The notes: generated by a model from the letters alone, not told the origin. 63,959 nt of DNA, filler included, from Nanobdellota archaeon (GCA_051819665.1; 4 parts of 4 records of this genome joined end to end with filler, not necessarily neighbours in it), one strand, 5' to 3'; numbered from the whole stretch's first letter, positions 9,014 to 18,853 are shown. A program made the numbers and translations.

Positions 9014-10717
9014 ATGCGATCGGGGGGTTTGCACGAAGAGTTATATTCTGACATAAAGGGGTGTGCCTCCGTGGAATCTCAAGGTTTCTATGATTATAGC
9101 AGTCCTTTGACCATGAAGATAATCTCTCATCTTGCAGATGCTGATGGTCTTGCTTCTGAGGCTATAAACAAGGCAGGTAGGGAGGTTATCCTGGATCAGA
9201 TAGGCAGGCCCACTACAGAGGGATTCCCTGATAAGATTGATTCCACGAGAGTGATGGATATATCTTCCCGGAACCTTAAGGATATAGTTGACGGGCATAA
9301 CAGCTATGTCTTCGCTGATCTCGGCACCCTCGAACCGGAGATGCTGGATAAGTACAATATTGATTCATTGATCATAGACCATCACGAGTTCAAAGAGGGG
9401 GATACAAAGATTATCAATCCTGATAAGCACGGTATAGATGGTGGCAAGGAGCTTTCGGCCTCTCTGCTCTCTTCGATATATATAGATTCTCTGGCTGATC
9501 AGGTAGATGTTTCGGATAATATAAGGGATGAGCTCAATCTGATGCACGTTCTCGGTATTTCAGGAGCAAAGGCTGATATGCAGGGAAATGAAGGTAATAA
9601 TAAAGCTGTCTATGATGAGCTGGAGAAGAGGAAGGTAATAAATGAACTACCTCTGCCTTTCTTCGGTTATTTCACTAAGCCATTATCCAGTGTCCTTGCC
9701 GAGAGCGAAGTGCCCTTCAACCTTAGGTACAGGCTTCCCTCAGAGAAGGAGCTCAGATCCGTTTTAGGTGATGAGTTCAAAGGGAAGAAGGTAGAGGATT
9801 CTTATGAAGAGCTTAAGTTCAAGGTAGCTTTTGATAAGAAGGAAGAGAAGCTTGTCGCGAATATGTATCATACCGATGATGATTTCGGGCTTGACCGCTT
9901 CGATGATTACAGGGATGATTATAAAGCGAATGAGGTCAGGACGAAGTCGGCTAATGCTGAACTTGGAAGGAATGGACTTTCAGAACCGGATCACCAATGT
10001 GATATAAAGGATAAGGGTTCATTATACAAGATGTACAAGGATAATGTCATCGCTTTCTCTGATCCTGCAAAAAGAGATGATTATCTTTCTATGCTCAAAG
10101 AGCCCCAGTATGCGGTGAATTCCAAGTTTGGATTGGTAAACGGGAATTCAGTATCCGAGCTGGCCAATCTTATGACTGCCCTCTCCAGTCTGGGTCACGG
10201 GGAACTTTTCCTCAATACTGTCTCTAAGGAGCTAAGAGGAGAGGATGTAAGTTATGAGCTCGATAAGATCAAGGAGATCCATGCAAGTTACAGGGGAACT
10301 ATAAGTGAAATGATGGGCCAGGTGGAGGATAAGCTATGGGGAGAGGGCCTTGAAGAGATAAGCGAGGGAGTTTATCATCTTAACATGGACTTTATAGATC
10401 TTCCGGTGAATGTGGAGAGCATGATCGGCAAGTGCGGAGGTCTTATCGCTAAAGGAAGGTATCTTCCCGATAATTATGGTGTCCTGTTCACTTCATACAC
10501 TAAAGGGAACAAAGGCGATGTCAAGGTATCGGGAAGAGTGAACCAATTTCCGGGTCATGGTGATGTTGATCTTGGCGGGCTCTTCTCCAAACATGCAGCT
10601 TTAGGGTTAGCAAATTCAGGCGGAGGACATAAAGAGGCGGCTTCAGGAAGGTATGAACGTCTGGATGATTTCATCAAATATGCGGCGGAATCTGATTTCG
10701 GGGTGCCTGAAAGATGA
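9014..10717 (+). CDS. Divergent RecJ/GAN-like DHH-family phosphoesterase/exonuclease
   Basis: DADG, ADLG, IDHH, INP, ADMQ motifs and C-terminal DHHA1 GGGHKEAASG. Confidence 0.8.
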   Translation: MRSGGLHEELYSDIKGCASVESQGFYDYSSPLTMKIISHLADADGLASEAINKAGREVILDQIGRPTTEGFPDKIDSTRVMDISSRNLKDIVDGHNSYVFADLGTLEPEMLDKYNIDSLIIDHHEFKEGDTKIINPDKHGIDGGKELSASLLSSIYIDSLADQVDVSDNIRDELNLMHVLGISGAKADMQGNEGNNKAVYDELEKRKVINELPLPFFGYFTKPLSSVLAESEVPFNLRYRLPSEKELRSVLGDEFKGKKVEDSYEELKFKVAFDKKEEKLVANMYHTDDDFGLDRFDDYRDDYKANEVRTKSANAELGRNGLSEPDHQCDIKDKGSLYKMYKDNVIAFSDPAKRDDYLSMLKEPQYAVNSKFGLVNGNSVSELANLMTALSSLGHGELFLNTVSKELRGEDVSYELDKIKEIHASYRGTISEMMGQVEDKLWGEGLEEISEGVYHLNMDFIDLPVNVESMIGKCGGLIAKGRYLPDNYGVLFTSYTKGNKGDVKVSGRVNQFPGHGDVDLGGLFSKHAALGLANSGGGHKEAASGRYERLDDFIKYAAESDFGVPER

Positions 10718-12078
10718 GAGTGGATCTGGGTCCGGAAGCAAAGAATTTAAAGAATCATGAAAAAGAGCAGATGGAGAAGATACTTGAGGAAAATCCTCAT
10801 GCGGGTATCATACAGCCGGTCAATGACGGTTCAGATTATGATTTTTATGTAGAGAGGTCTGATCTTTCCCTTAAAGAGGGAGAGGAATATTTTCTCCCCC
10901 TTGATCCTATAGATTCTAAGATAAAAAATGGAAAGAAATTCATAAAGAGACCGGATTTCATAAAGATAAGCGTGGATGGTGAAGTTGAGATAAGACCCGT
11001 TGATCTCAAGAGCCATTATCTTTCTTCATCGCAGATTGCCGGCCAGACAAGCGCTTATAATCTTGCCAATCTCGCTTCAGGGTGGGATTACCTTGACCAG
11101 TTCCTCAAGAGGGTTGAGAAAAGTCTTCCTGATAAGAGCATAACCTTTGCAAACGGCTTCCTGATGGAAGACGGGAAGAGTGAAGGTTCTGGCAGATGGT
11201 CTGTCGGAAAGGAAACACTCGATGATTATATAAAGGATTATTCCAATTCCCTGTTTGGCCTTGATAATATCGATTTTTCGGATTTCTGGCCGAAGATAGG
11301 AGAAGGGAATATAGATTCGTACAATTACATGATAGAGAAATCTTCCCAATCAGAGTTCAAGACTGATATAAGGAATGCCAAGAATAATCTTTCCAAAGGG
11401 ATTATCCCTCCTTATCCCATACATGTTGTATTCGGACTCATCTGGGGGAGGGGAGATAAGCAGGTTTCCTATACACCTGAGGAAGGATTTAAGAGTTTTC
11501 CTGCAGAGATATATAAGCTTGTCCGTGACAGAGAAGAGATAAAGAATGCTGATGAGACCTTTTATGCCCGGATCTGTGCAAATAATGAAAGGTTAGAGAA
11601 ATGGAAAAGATATGTAAAGGCAGGAAGACTGGAAAGGATAGACAGTGCAATCCGGGGAAAAAACTTTGAAAAGGAAAAGGACTATACAAGCCCTAAGAGG
11701 AAACAAAGGTTGAATTCTGAGATTGGGGAGCTTCAGGAAAAGCGTGAGGAGATTGATCAGGATGTAGAAAGGATATACAATCAATATTTTAATGAGGGTG
11801 AGTATCATTATTCTAATTTTTATAATGAGGGAATCAAACTTAAGAATTTCGAGATATCCCAGATAGATGAGGAATTGCAGGTAAAGGATACAAAGCTTCA
11901 TGACCGGCAGGAGAGGGAATATAAGCTTAATAAGCATCTTTCGAAGTTAAGGTCCAGAAAAGCCGGTATGGTGAAGGAAGGGATGCTTCCCAGAGTAGTG
12001 TATTTCAATCTGTTCAATGACAAGCAGAATCCTGAAGTGTATAAAGTGACTTTTTATGATAAGGGGTGTCTGAAATAG
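10714..12078 (+). CDS. Hypothetical protein with putative RecB-like PD-(D/E)xK nuclease motifs and C-terminal coiled coil
   Basis: KRPDFI...VDLKS...QTSAY matches PD / DxK / QxxxY; heptad-rich C-terminal third; ATGA overlap with upstream gene. Confidence 0.5.
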   Translation: MRVDLGPEAKNLKNHEKEQMEKILEENPHAGIIQPVNDGSDYDFYVERSDLSLKEGEEYFLPLDPIDSKIKNGKKFIKRPDFIKISVDGEVEIRPVDLKSHYLSSSQIAGQTSAYNLANLASGWDYLDQFLKRVEKSLPDKSITFANGFLMEDGKSEGSGRWSVGKETLDDYIKDYSNSLFGLDNIDFSDFWPKIGEGNIDSYNYMIEKSSQSEFKTDIRNAKNNLSKGIIPPYPIHVVFGLIWGRGDKQVSYTPEEGFKSFPAEIYKLVRDREEIKNADETFYARICANNERLEKWKRYVKAGRLERIDSAIRGKNFEKEKDYTSPKRKQRLNSEIGELQEKREEIDQDVERIYNQYFNEGEYHYSNFYNEGIKLKNFEISQIDEELQVKDTKLHDRQEREYKLNKHLSKLRSRKAGMVKEGMLPRVVYFNLFNDKQNPEVYKVTFYDKGCLK

Positions 12079-13724
12079 ATAAGCTCACTCTGAACAGAGT
12101 ATGTGATAACATAGATGATTATTCATTATTCAGGACCATCGTGTTCAGGGAAGGTTATGATGATTCTGTCCTTGAAGGTGACATAAATTCTGTGCCTGAT
12201 GATATTCTCATATCTTATCTTGAGATGAAGAACAGTGGTGTAGCAGAAGGCTATAATAGGAGAAAATGGGACAGTGGCGTAGCTGAGGACGAGCTTATAA
12301 GACAGGACCTCTCAGTCCTTGACAGGGAGCTTGTCTCTGAAAGGCTTGAGCCCAATCTTCTCCTGAGGATAGTTGAAGGTCATGCGGTTCATGGCCATAC
12401 TTCTTTCAGGAAGAATGGTAAATCTGACCCGAAGCCCAATACGAGACTAGAGGATATCCTCCGGAATATAGGCAGTTTTTCCGATGTGATGGATGATCCT
12501 TTCTATGATAAGGGTGAGGATTATCTTAAAGAGAGCCAGGGGCTTATAGGTAATGTTGCTTCTTTACTCGAGTCTGCGGTAAGCAAGGGCAGGTATATGT
12601 CACTTGATTCTGAGAAGGGTGCTCTTCTCGGGATACCTTTCCTTAAGGGCCTTGATGTTGACAAGAAGGCTTTGCTCAAGGGATATTTCTATGGTGGTCA
12701 TTTTGATGAGTATCCCAACATTAGATCTGTTGTTGATGATGAATACTTAAAGGAAGGTAATGTGGGTGGTGGAGAATCCAAGCTTGTTGATATTGATAAG
12801 CTTAAGAGGTTTGGGATAAGTCTTGATGAGCTCTCCCATAATAGCTATGATGATGATGTTCTTGCTTCCCTGAGTCCTGAAAGGAGGGAAGATCTGTTTT
12901 ATAAGGTGGGCATATTTAAAGGATTCCCGGGGGTTGATCATGATGTCTCTTCATGGGGTGATATTCTCTTACAGGGCAAGGACATCTCAGGTTCAGATAA
13001 TATCTCGAGCCAGTTCTATCGTTATGTGAATGGCCGCGGGGTTTCCGATGATATAGCTATAATGTCAGCATCCATGATAGATGATGATGGAAGTGAGAAA
13101 GACAGCAGGTGGTATAACGGTCTTCTTGTGGGTGCTTATCTGGCGGATTTCGTTGACACAGTCGAGAAAGGCACTTCTCATTTCATCCCGGGAGGGCAGG
13201 ATACTGTCCTTGCTAAGTACATCCAGAGCAGATGGCTTGATGAGGTAAAGGAGGACAGGTCATTCGCTAAATCCCAGGGGGTGAGGTACAGGGATATTGA
13301 TAAGACCGATCCGGATTTTGCACTTGTACCTAAAAGAGAGATAATTAACCTTACAGCTGCTTCTGTAAACCCGAAGAAGAGTTATTTCAGGTCTTCAAGG
13401 AAAGCGAGTGCGATACATTCTTCACAGTCATATTTCCTCAAGAGACAGAGTACGAGAGAGAACAGTTTAGAGAAGAATTCTCAAACTGAAGAGGATATAG
13501 TAACATGCGCAGCTCAACAGGAGCTCCTTTATGTCCAGAGTCTTATGCCGATGAATAATAAAGGATACGGCCTTTCTGGAAAGATGACCGATGATGTCAA
13601 TGTACTCATAGGTTTCCAGAGGCATGAGATAGGTGCAGTCAGGGATTATTTCAGGAATACTATCCTGCCGATGATAAAGGACAGGAATAATAGAGAGAAG
13701 AATACCAAGAATTTCTATTCATAG
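12066..13724 (+). CDS. Hypothetical protein (552 aa), acidic
   Basis: Long ORF overlapping the upstream stop; no family I can name. Confidence 0.7.
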   Translation: MSEIDKLTLNRVCDNIDDYSLFRTIVFREGYDDSVLEGDINSVPDDILISYLEMKNSGVAEGYNRRKWDSGVAEDELIRQDLSVLDRELVSERLEPNLLLRIVEGHAVHGHTSFRKNGKSDPKPNTRLEDILRNIGSFSDVMDDPFYDKGEDYLKESQGLIGNVASLLESAVSKGRYMSLDSEKGALLGIPFLKGLDVDKKALLKGYFYGGHFDEYPNIRSVVDDEYLKEGNVGGGESKLVDIDKLKRFGISLDELSHNSYDDDVLASLSPERREDLFYKVGIFKGFPGVDHDVSSWGDILLQGKDISGSDNISSQFYRYVNGRGVSDDIAIMSASMIDDDGSEKDSRWYNGLLVGAYLADFVDTVEKGTSHFIPGGQDTVLAKYIQSRWLDEVKEDRSFAKSQGVRYRDIDKTDPDFALVPKREIINLTAASVNPKKSYFRSSRKASAIHSSQSYFLKRQSTRENSLEKNSQTEEDIVTCAAQQELLYVQSLMPMNNKGYGLSGKMTDDVNVLIGFQRHEIGAVRDYFRNTILPMIKDRNNREKNTKNFYS

Positions 13725-14243
13725 TTTCTTCTTTTCTGCCTTATCTGAGATTATCGAGGAATTCCCGCTCGGGTCTTCTATTATGATTTTTGTCTTCTCG
13801 CTTCCCCACATGACCTTCTGGAGCTTCTTAAGCATGTTCTTGGCCTTTTTCTTCTTGGCAGGGTCCTCTTCGGTCTCCTTGAGGGTCTCCACCTGATGCT
13901 TTATTCGGTTAAGGATGCCCTCTACATTAGTAATGTATCCATTGGAGGAAGCTCCTGGTGATATGGAGGAGATCCTCGGGATCTTGACGGTGGCTTCGGA
14001 GGATTTGATCACCCTCGCTTTGAGGTCCTCTTCAGAATCCACTTCGAGCGTATACTTGCTCGGTTCTCCTTTTTCCACAGCCTCAACATCTGCCTTATGA
14101 TACTTGCAACTGGTACAGGTCATAGAAAAGAGTAGCAACTTACCGAAGTAAGGAACTTCCTGTTCCTTCTGTGTAAGGGTCAAAGTGTCCTTCCCGCATA
14201 TCGGGCATTTCTGTCCTTCCAGTATTTCGGCGTCGTCTGCCAT
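13719..14243 (-). CDS. ZPR1 zinc-finger protein
   Basis: CPIC...PYFG...CTSC, G-YITNVEG, IIEDPSGNS. Confidence 0.9.
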   Translation of the reverse strand: MADDAEILEGQKCPICGKDTLTLTQKEQEVPYFGKLLLFSMTCTSCKYHKADVEAVEKGEPSKYTLEVDSEEDLKARVIKSSEATVKIPRISSISPGASSNGYITNVEGILNRIKHQVETLKETEEDPAKKKKAKNMLKKLQKVMWGSEKTKIIIEDPSGNSSIISDKAEKKKL

Positions 14244-14298
14244 AAGAGAAAAACCCATCAAAACAATATAAATAGTTTATGGTTATTAAAAATATACT

Positions 14299-14712
14299 TT
14301 ATTCGTCCTTCTCGTCCACATCAATCTGCTCTTTCATGTCCTTGCCCCTGTGGATCTTCGCGAAGCTCGGGACTACAACTATGTAATCATCACCGAAGCC
14401 TGCGATGTCGCCATCTATGGCATTACATGTTTTCTTGAGCTTATTGATGGATCTTTTCAGCTCAACAAGGTCCTTGTCCTTCAGAGGTTTGATGTTTATT
14501 AGAGCGATTGTGTCTCCCTTCCTCAGGGTGTCAAGGATCTGCTTAACCTCCGAGAAGTCTTCCAGAACATACGGTCTTACAGTGACGTTCTGGTCAGATT
14601 CTTCGCTGGAAGCTGTATCAAGCTCTACGTATTCTTCTTCGCCCTTGTTAGTCTCTTTGTTTGTCTCTTCGTTCTTAAGTGAGCCCCTGATTTTGTTGAA
14701 AAATTTTTTCAT
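14299..14712 (-). CDS. sepF: Cell division protein SepF
   Basis: EYVEL; LRKGDTIALINI; GDIAGFGDDYIVVVP. Confidence 0.82.
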   Translation of the reverse strand: MKKFFNKIRGSLKNEETNKETNKGEEEYVELDTASSEESDQNVTVRPYVLEDFSEVKQILDTLRKGDTIALINIKPLKDKDLVELKRSINKLKKTCNAIDGDIAGFGDDYIVVVPSFAKIHRGKDMKEQIDVDEKDE

Positions 14713-14759
14713 CTTATATCCTCCTGAATCGAATGTCATATTGTAATATTTAAATGTTT

Positions 14760-15605
14760 CTAAATTGAATCCAGTTTCTCATGTGCATCAACAGCTTTGA
14801 TGAATGGTTTCAGCTTGTTGTTGTCCAGGCCATTAATGATCTTTGTACGGCGGTATTTTATATCCTCGTCAGGTACCCTTGCTGTCTTATCTGCACTTAT
14901 AAGCCCGTAGGGGTAACCATAGAAGACAGGGTCATCTGAATTAGAGGCCATTACTCCCAGGACCTTCTTTATGTCTGTATTCTCCTTATCGTTTATCTCA
15001 TACCTGAATATATACTCGCTTCTCGGGTGGAGCCTTACAAGTCCATCTTTGAACCATCTCCCTTCCGGGACCCTTATCTTGGGCAGTTCTTTTACACTGC
15101 CTTGTGTTTTTATAAGGCCTGCCAGGAGTATTTTCTTCTCAGAAACTTTTTTCTTAAGGTCAGCGAGCTCTTTATTCTCTTCTTCTATTTCAGAGGTTAT
15201 CGGGCCGTCCATGACTATCATAGAGCTTTGTTCTAATTCTTCTGAAAGCTTTTCTGCTATCCTTATCTCATATATTCTCCTTGCTATATCGGCGCCCTTT
15301 TCAAGCCCGGCTTTAACTCTTATGCTGAAATTGTCGAAATCGCATGTGCATATGCCTTCCTCTTCTGTAATGAGGCATAGGCTTTCTTCTTTGACTGTCC
15401 TGTACCTCCTGTTCTTTGAGAAAATAATGGCTGCAGCCCTTATGAGCTGGAGATTGAAAGTCGTGCTGGAGAAGATCTCATTGTTGCCTCCGTCAATGTA
15501 GGCAGTTGGCTTAATCGATGCTCTGGGCTGAAGAGAGGATACATATATCTCTTTCTCTCCAGCCGGGGAAATGAGCTCCCCGAGCTTTCTTATGATGTCT
15601 TCCAT
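14760..15605 (-). CDS. nurA: NurA-family nuclease
   Basis: IDGG, E, MDG, GYPYGL..AD..AR motifs. Confidence 0.8.
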   Translation of the reverse strand: MEDIIRKLGELISPAGEKEIYVSSLQPRASIKPTAYIDGGNNEIFSSTTFNLQLIRAAAIIFSKNRRYRTVKEESLCLITEEEGICTCDFDNFSIRVKAGLEKGADIARRIYEIRIAEKLSEELEQSSMIVMDGPITSEIEEENKELADLKKKVSEKKILLAGLIKTQGSVKELPKIRVPEGRWFKDGLVRLHPRSEYIFRYEINDKENTDIKKVLGVMASNSDDPVFYGYPYGLISADKTARVPDEDIKYRRTKIINGLDNNKLKPFIKAVDAHEKLDSI

Positions 15606-15609
15606 AGAA

Positions 15610-15915
15610 TCATTGAATAGAGTTGATAACTTTCTTCAAAGCTTTGTCTATGCCGATATAAAGGTTCCTTTCGGTGACTTCAGCATTGAACTGTTTATCT
15701 GCATTGAGGGTTATCTTTATCTCATGCTTTTCCGAACCCTCGGTCTCATGGACAGACTTTCTGTTAATCTTTATATCCTGGAAATCATTCACGAGTTCGC
15801 TTATCCTCTTAACATGGTTACCTACTATCTTCTTAACGATGATCATGTCTCCCCCTTCCATATCGGAGAAGCCGCTGAGTTGGATATTTCCTCCTAGTTG
15901 TATATCTTCTGTCAT
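15610..15915 (-). CDS. Small protein resembling HPF/RaiA ribosome-hibernation domain
   Basis: Size and pattern KHEIKITL...AEVTERNLYIGIDKALKKV. Confidence 0.5.
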   Translation of the reverse strand: MTEDIQLGGNIQLSGFSDMEGGDMIIVKKIVGNHVKRISELVNDFQDIKINRKSVHETEGSEKHEIKITLNADKQFNAEVTERNLYIGIDKALKKVINSIQ

Positions 15916-16009
15916 TAAAGCACACCGACGGGCTCAGAGCTTTTTTCATATTTAAATGTTTTTATTTTGGCCGATAGATTTATTAAAAATGGTTCCGGAG
16001 TGAAGCCCT

Positions 16010-17281
16010 ATGAGCAAAGTCTATTTTTTCACGCAGGGCTGTTCAGCTAATGTTGCCGATTCCGAGATAATGGCCGGCCGTCTGAAAGAGAGCGGATTCA
16101 CTATCGTTGATGATGCGGAAAGCTCTGATATCATAATCCTGAATTCATGTGCTGTTAAGGGACCTACTATAAGCACTTTCAGGAGGACCCTGAAGGAGTT
16201 CGAGAAGATGGAGAAGCCGATAGTCGTCGCCGGTTGTCTCCCGCAGGCGGAGCAGGACTTAAGTATACTCGGTGAGCATTCTGTCGTCGGTTTAGGGCAT
16301 ATAGACAGGATAGTGGAGGTTGTTGAGGAGACACTTAATGGAAGCGCTTTGAGGGTCCTGACCAGGGAGAGCGCTTCAAGACTGAACAAGCCTAAGGTAA
16401 GGAACAATTATCTTGTGGAGATAGTCCCGATAAGCGAAGGGTGCATGGGTAATTGCGCTTACTGCAAGACCAAGCTGGCAAAAGGTGATCTTGTCTCTTA
16501 TCCGGAAGAGGATATTGTCAGGCATGTCAAGAGAGCTGTAAGAGACGGAGTATTGGAGGTGTGGATAACCTCGCAGGATACATCGATATATGGCAAGGAT
16601 ATCGGGACTAATATAGTGAACCTGCTCAAGAGGATAATCAGCATCCCCGGCTCTTTCAGGGTCAGGCTGGGCATGGCCAACCCGAAGCCTTTGCTTGGCT
16701 TCCTCGATGAGTTCTCCTGGGTCATGAAGAATGAGAAGATGTATTCCTTCCTTCATATACCTGTCCAGAGCGGGAGTAATGAGGTCCTTAAGGATATGGG
16801 CAGGGATTATTCTGTCGAGGATTTCAAGTTCATAATAAGGCACCTTAGAGAAGAGATACCTGATATAACGATAGCAACAGATATCATCTGCGGTTATCCT
16901 ACTGAATCAGAGGAGCAGTTCAGGGAGAGTTATGAGCTGGTGAAGAAAATCAGGCCGGACGTGCTCAACATCTCCAGGTTCTGGCCGATGGAGGGTACGA
17001 GAGCAGCTAAGCTGAAACCCCTCGACGGCGGCCTTGTCAAGTCAAGATCCTCCAGTATGACAAAGCTCTATCATAAGATAGCGAGGGAGAAGAATGAATC
17101 ATGGATAGGCTGGAAAGGACCCGTTTATATAACGGAGAGAGGTAAGAACAACGAGTATGTTGGTCATAATCATTCTTATAAACAGGTTGTCGTGCCCTGC
17201 CGTAGGCATCTGATGGGTGAGATAGCGGAAGTGAAGGCAGTGGATGCTGATACTTTCGCTATACATGGAAAATTGCAGTGA
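16010..17281 (+). CDS. mtaB: tRNA t6A37 methylthiotransferase (MtaB/CDKAL1 type), radical SAM + TRAM
   Basis: GCSAN, NSCAV, AGC, CMGNCAYC, HIPVQSG, C-terminal TRAM domain. Confidence 0.88.
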   Translation: MSKVYFFTQGCSANVADSEIMAGRLKESGFTIVDDAESSDIIILNSCAVKGPTISTFRRTLKEFEKMEKPIVVAGCLPQAEQDLSILGEHSVVGLGHIDRIVEVVEETLNGSALRVLTRESASRLNKPKVRNNYLVEIVPISEGCMGNCAYCKTKLAKGDLVSYPEEDIVRHVKRAVRDGVLEVWITSQDTSIYGKDIGTNIVNLLKRIISIPGSFRVRLGMANPKPLLGFLDEFSWVMKNEKMYSFLHIPVQSGSNEVLKDMGRDYSVEDFKFIIRHLREEIPDITIATDIICGYPTESEEQFRESYELVKKIRPDVLNISRFWPMEGTRAAKLKPLDGGLVKSRSSSMTKLYHKIAREKNESWIGWKGPVYITERGKNNEYVGHNHSYKQVVVPCRRHLMGEIAEVKAVDADTFAIHGKLQ

Positions 17282-17388
17282 TTGAGAAGTTGACAGTCGG
17301 ATTTCGTGTTCAAAAGTTCTTTGAATTGATTGATAAGTTTTCTTCCGGGTTCTATGGTCAAAGGGTTGATAGTTAAAAAAAAGAAAGG

Positions 17389-17518
17389 TGCCGGTGGCGA
17401 GAGTTGAACTCGCGACCTCTAGATTGCCCAATTGCGCTATGAGTTTAGTCATCGGCAAGTGCCTCATCACTCATTAACTTATGAGTCTAGCGCTCTAACC
17501 AGGCTGAGCCACACCGGC
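17389..17518 (-). tRNA. tRNA-Met(CAT), elongator, with 55-nt intron at 37/38 (intron 17425-17479)
   Basis: Acceptor stem GCCGGTG/CACCGGC; anticodon arm CTAGA-CTCATAA-TCTAG after splicing; canonical BHB with central helix CTCA/TGGG. Confidence 0.92.
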
Positions 17519-17614
17519 AGCTTTCGATTTGAGGGAAATCAACCCTTTATATATGTTTCGGGTTGGTTGCCAAAAGATTTATAAAGAGTTGCCCCACCCC
17601 AACGAATTGATTAT

Positions 17615-17717
17615 AGCGGGGTGGGGCAGGCAGGAACGGTCCCTTTATAGGGGATCGCTGTATGTGCCCGTCGGGCTCATAACCCGGAGGTCAGAGGTTC
17701 AAATCCTCTCCCCGCTA
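17615..17717 (+). tRNA. Initiator tRNA-Met(CAT) with 28-nt non-canonical D-loop intron (17636-17663)
   Basis: A1:U72, AGCGGGG acceptor, GGG-CTCATAA-CCC anticodon arm; extra hairpin CGGTCCC/GGGATCG in the D-loop flanked by a BHB-like motif. Confidence 0.9.
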
Positions 17718-17758
17718 TTTCTTTACAAAATACTGAATTTTTTCTATCATTCTGAACG

Positions 17759-17858
17759 NNNNNNNNNNNNNNNNNNNNNNNNNNNNNNNNNNNNNNNNNN
17801 NNTTAATTAATTAANNNNNNNNNNNNNNNNNNNNNNNNNNNNNNNNNNNNNNNNNNNN
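17759..17858. other. Artificial contig-joining linker
   Basis: 100 nt of N with central TTAATTAATTAA. Confidence 0.98.
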
Positions 17859-18798
17859 AACCTAAACCGAATTGATTGCACACCTATATTTTTCTTTCGG
17901 TGTTTTGTATCCTATACCTTGGTGTAATCTTACATTATTGTATATTCCAACGAACTGATCCAGTGTCCATCTTTGTGGTTGAAACTCCATTTTGTACGTT
18001 CCAAACCACCTTTCAATCTTCCCATTCGTTTGAGGATGACCTACTCTTCCAAGGATATGTTTAATTCCATTCTTTTCGCAAAAATCTCTGAAAGCCCCAT
18101 TCTCATGGAAGACTGAGCCCTGATCAGTCAGAATATTTTCTGGTATCCCATACTTGTCCATGGCATTCATAAATGCCAAAATGGTATTTTGAGTCGTTGC
18201 ATTCTCAAAATACTCTGCATGGACAATATATCTGCTATTATCATCTATGAATGCGATTAGTTTTTTGCCAGTAAAAGGACAATCTGTCCAATCAGTATGC
18301 CAAAGCATGTTTGGCTTTGGCCATTCGTATTTCACGAATTTGATTTGTGTCGGTCTTTTTCTTTTGTTCATTTTAATCTTGTATTTGTTGTATATCTCTT
18401 GAATCTTCCTTTGTGAGACTCCAAAGCCCTGTTTTTTCAAATCAAGCCACATTTTGTGGCTTCCTCTGGGCAATTCTGCCCAGTGTCGCAAGACAATATC
18501 TTCAAAAGCACTGTTTATTGGTTCTTTTTTTCTTCCTCTTTTCTTCGGTTCAAGGCCGTCTATTCCATGTTTCTTGAATCTCTTTATAAGCTCATATATT
18601 GTTCTTCTTGGAACACCACGGCTTCTGGAAATATCTGTTATTGGGGTAATCCCCAGTTGCCATTGTTTGATTATCCATTTACGAAGCTTTGGTGTTAATT
18701 TGGTGGGTTTTTTCTTTTTCATTTTGGCTTCCTCCCACCAAAATACAGGATATACACATCAAGTATTTATAACTGTGCAATAATTACGGTTCAGCACA
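17859..18798 (-). mobile_element. IS481-family insertion sequence (one end at contig edge)
   Basis: Transposase ORF; TGT-starting end at 18798; imperfect inverted repeat CTGAACCGTAATTATTGCACA vs CTAAACCGAATTGATTGCACA (17/21); visibly AT-richer than flanks. Confidence 0.8.
17862..18722 (-). CDS. IS481-family DDE transposase
   Basis: N-terminal HTH; rve core WHTD, FIDD.SR, TDQG, PQTNGKIER, YNNVRLH. Confidence 0.9.
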   Translation of the reverse strand: MKKKKPTKLTPKLRKWIIKQWQLGITPITDISRSRGVPRRTIYELIKRFKKHGIDGLEPKKRGRKKEPINSAFEDIVLRHWAELPRGSHKMWLDLKKQGFGVSQRKIQEIYNKYKIKMNKRKRPTQIKFVKYEWPKPNMLWHTDWTDCPFTGKKLIAFIDDNSRYIVHAEYFENATTQNTILAFMNAMDKYGIPENILTDQGSVFHENGAFRDFCEKNGIKHILGRVGHPQTNGKIERWFGTYKMEFQPQRWTLDQFVGIYNNVRLHQGIGYKTPKEKYRCAINSV

Positions 18799-18853
18799 TA
18801 TATGTCAATAAATGAAAACTTTTTTAAATCAGAAGGTCTCAGAAAGATTAGTT

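Noticed and set aside
17615..18798. IS481 next to tRNA genes as a tRNA-targeted island
   Set aside because: They are on different contigs, separated by a linker.
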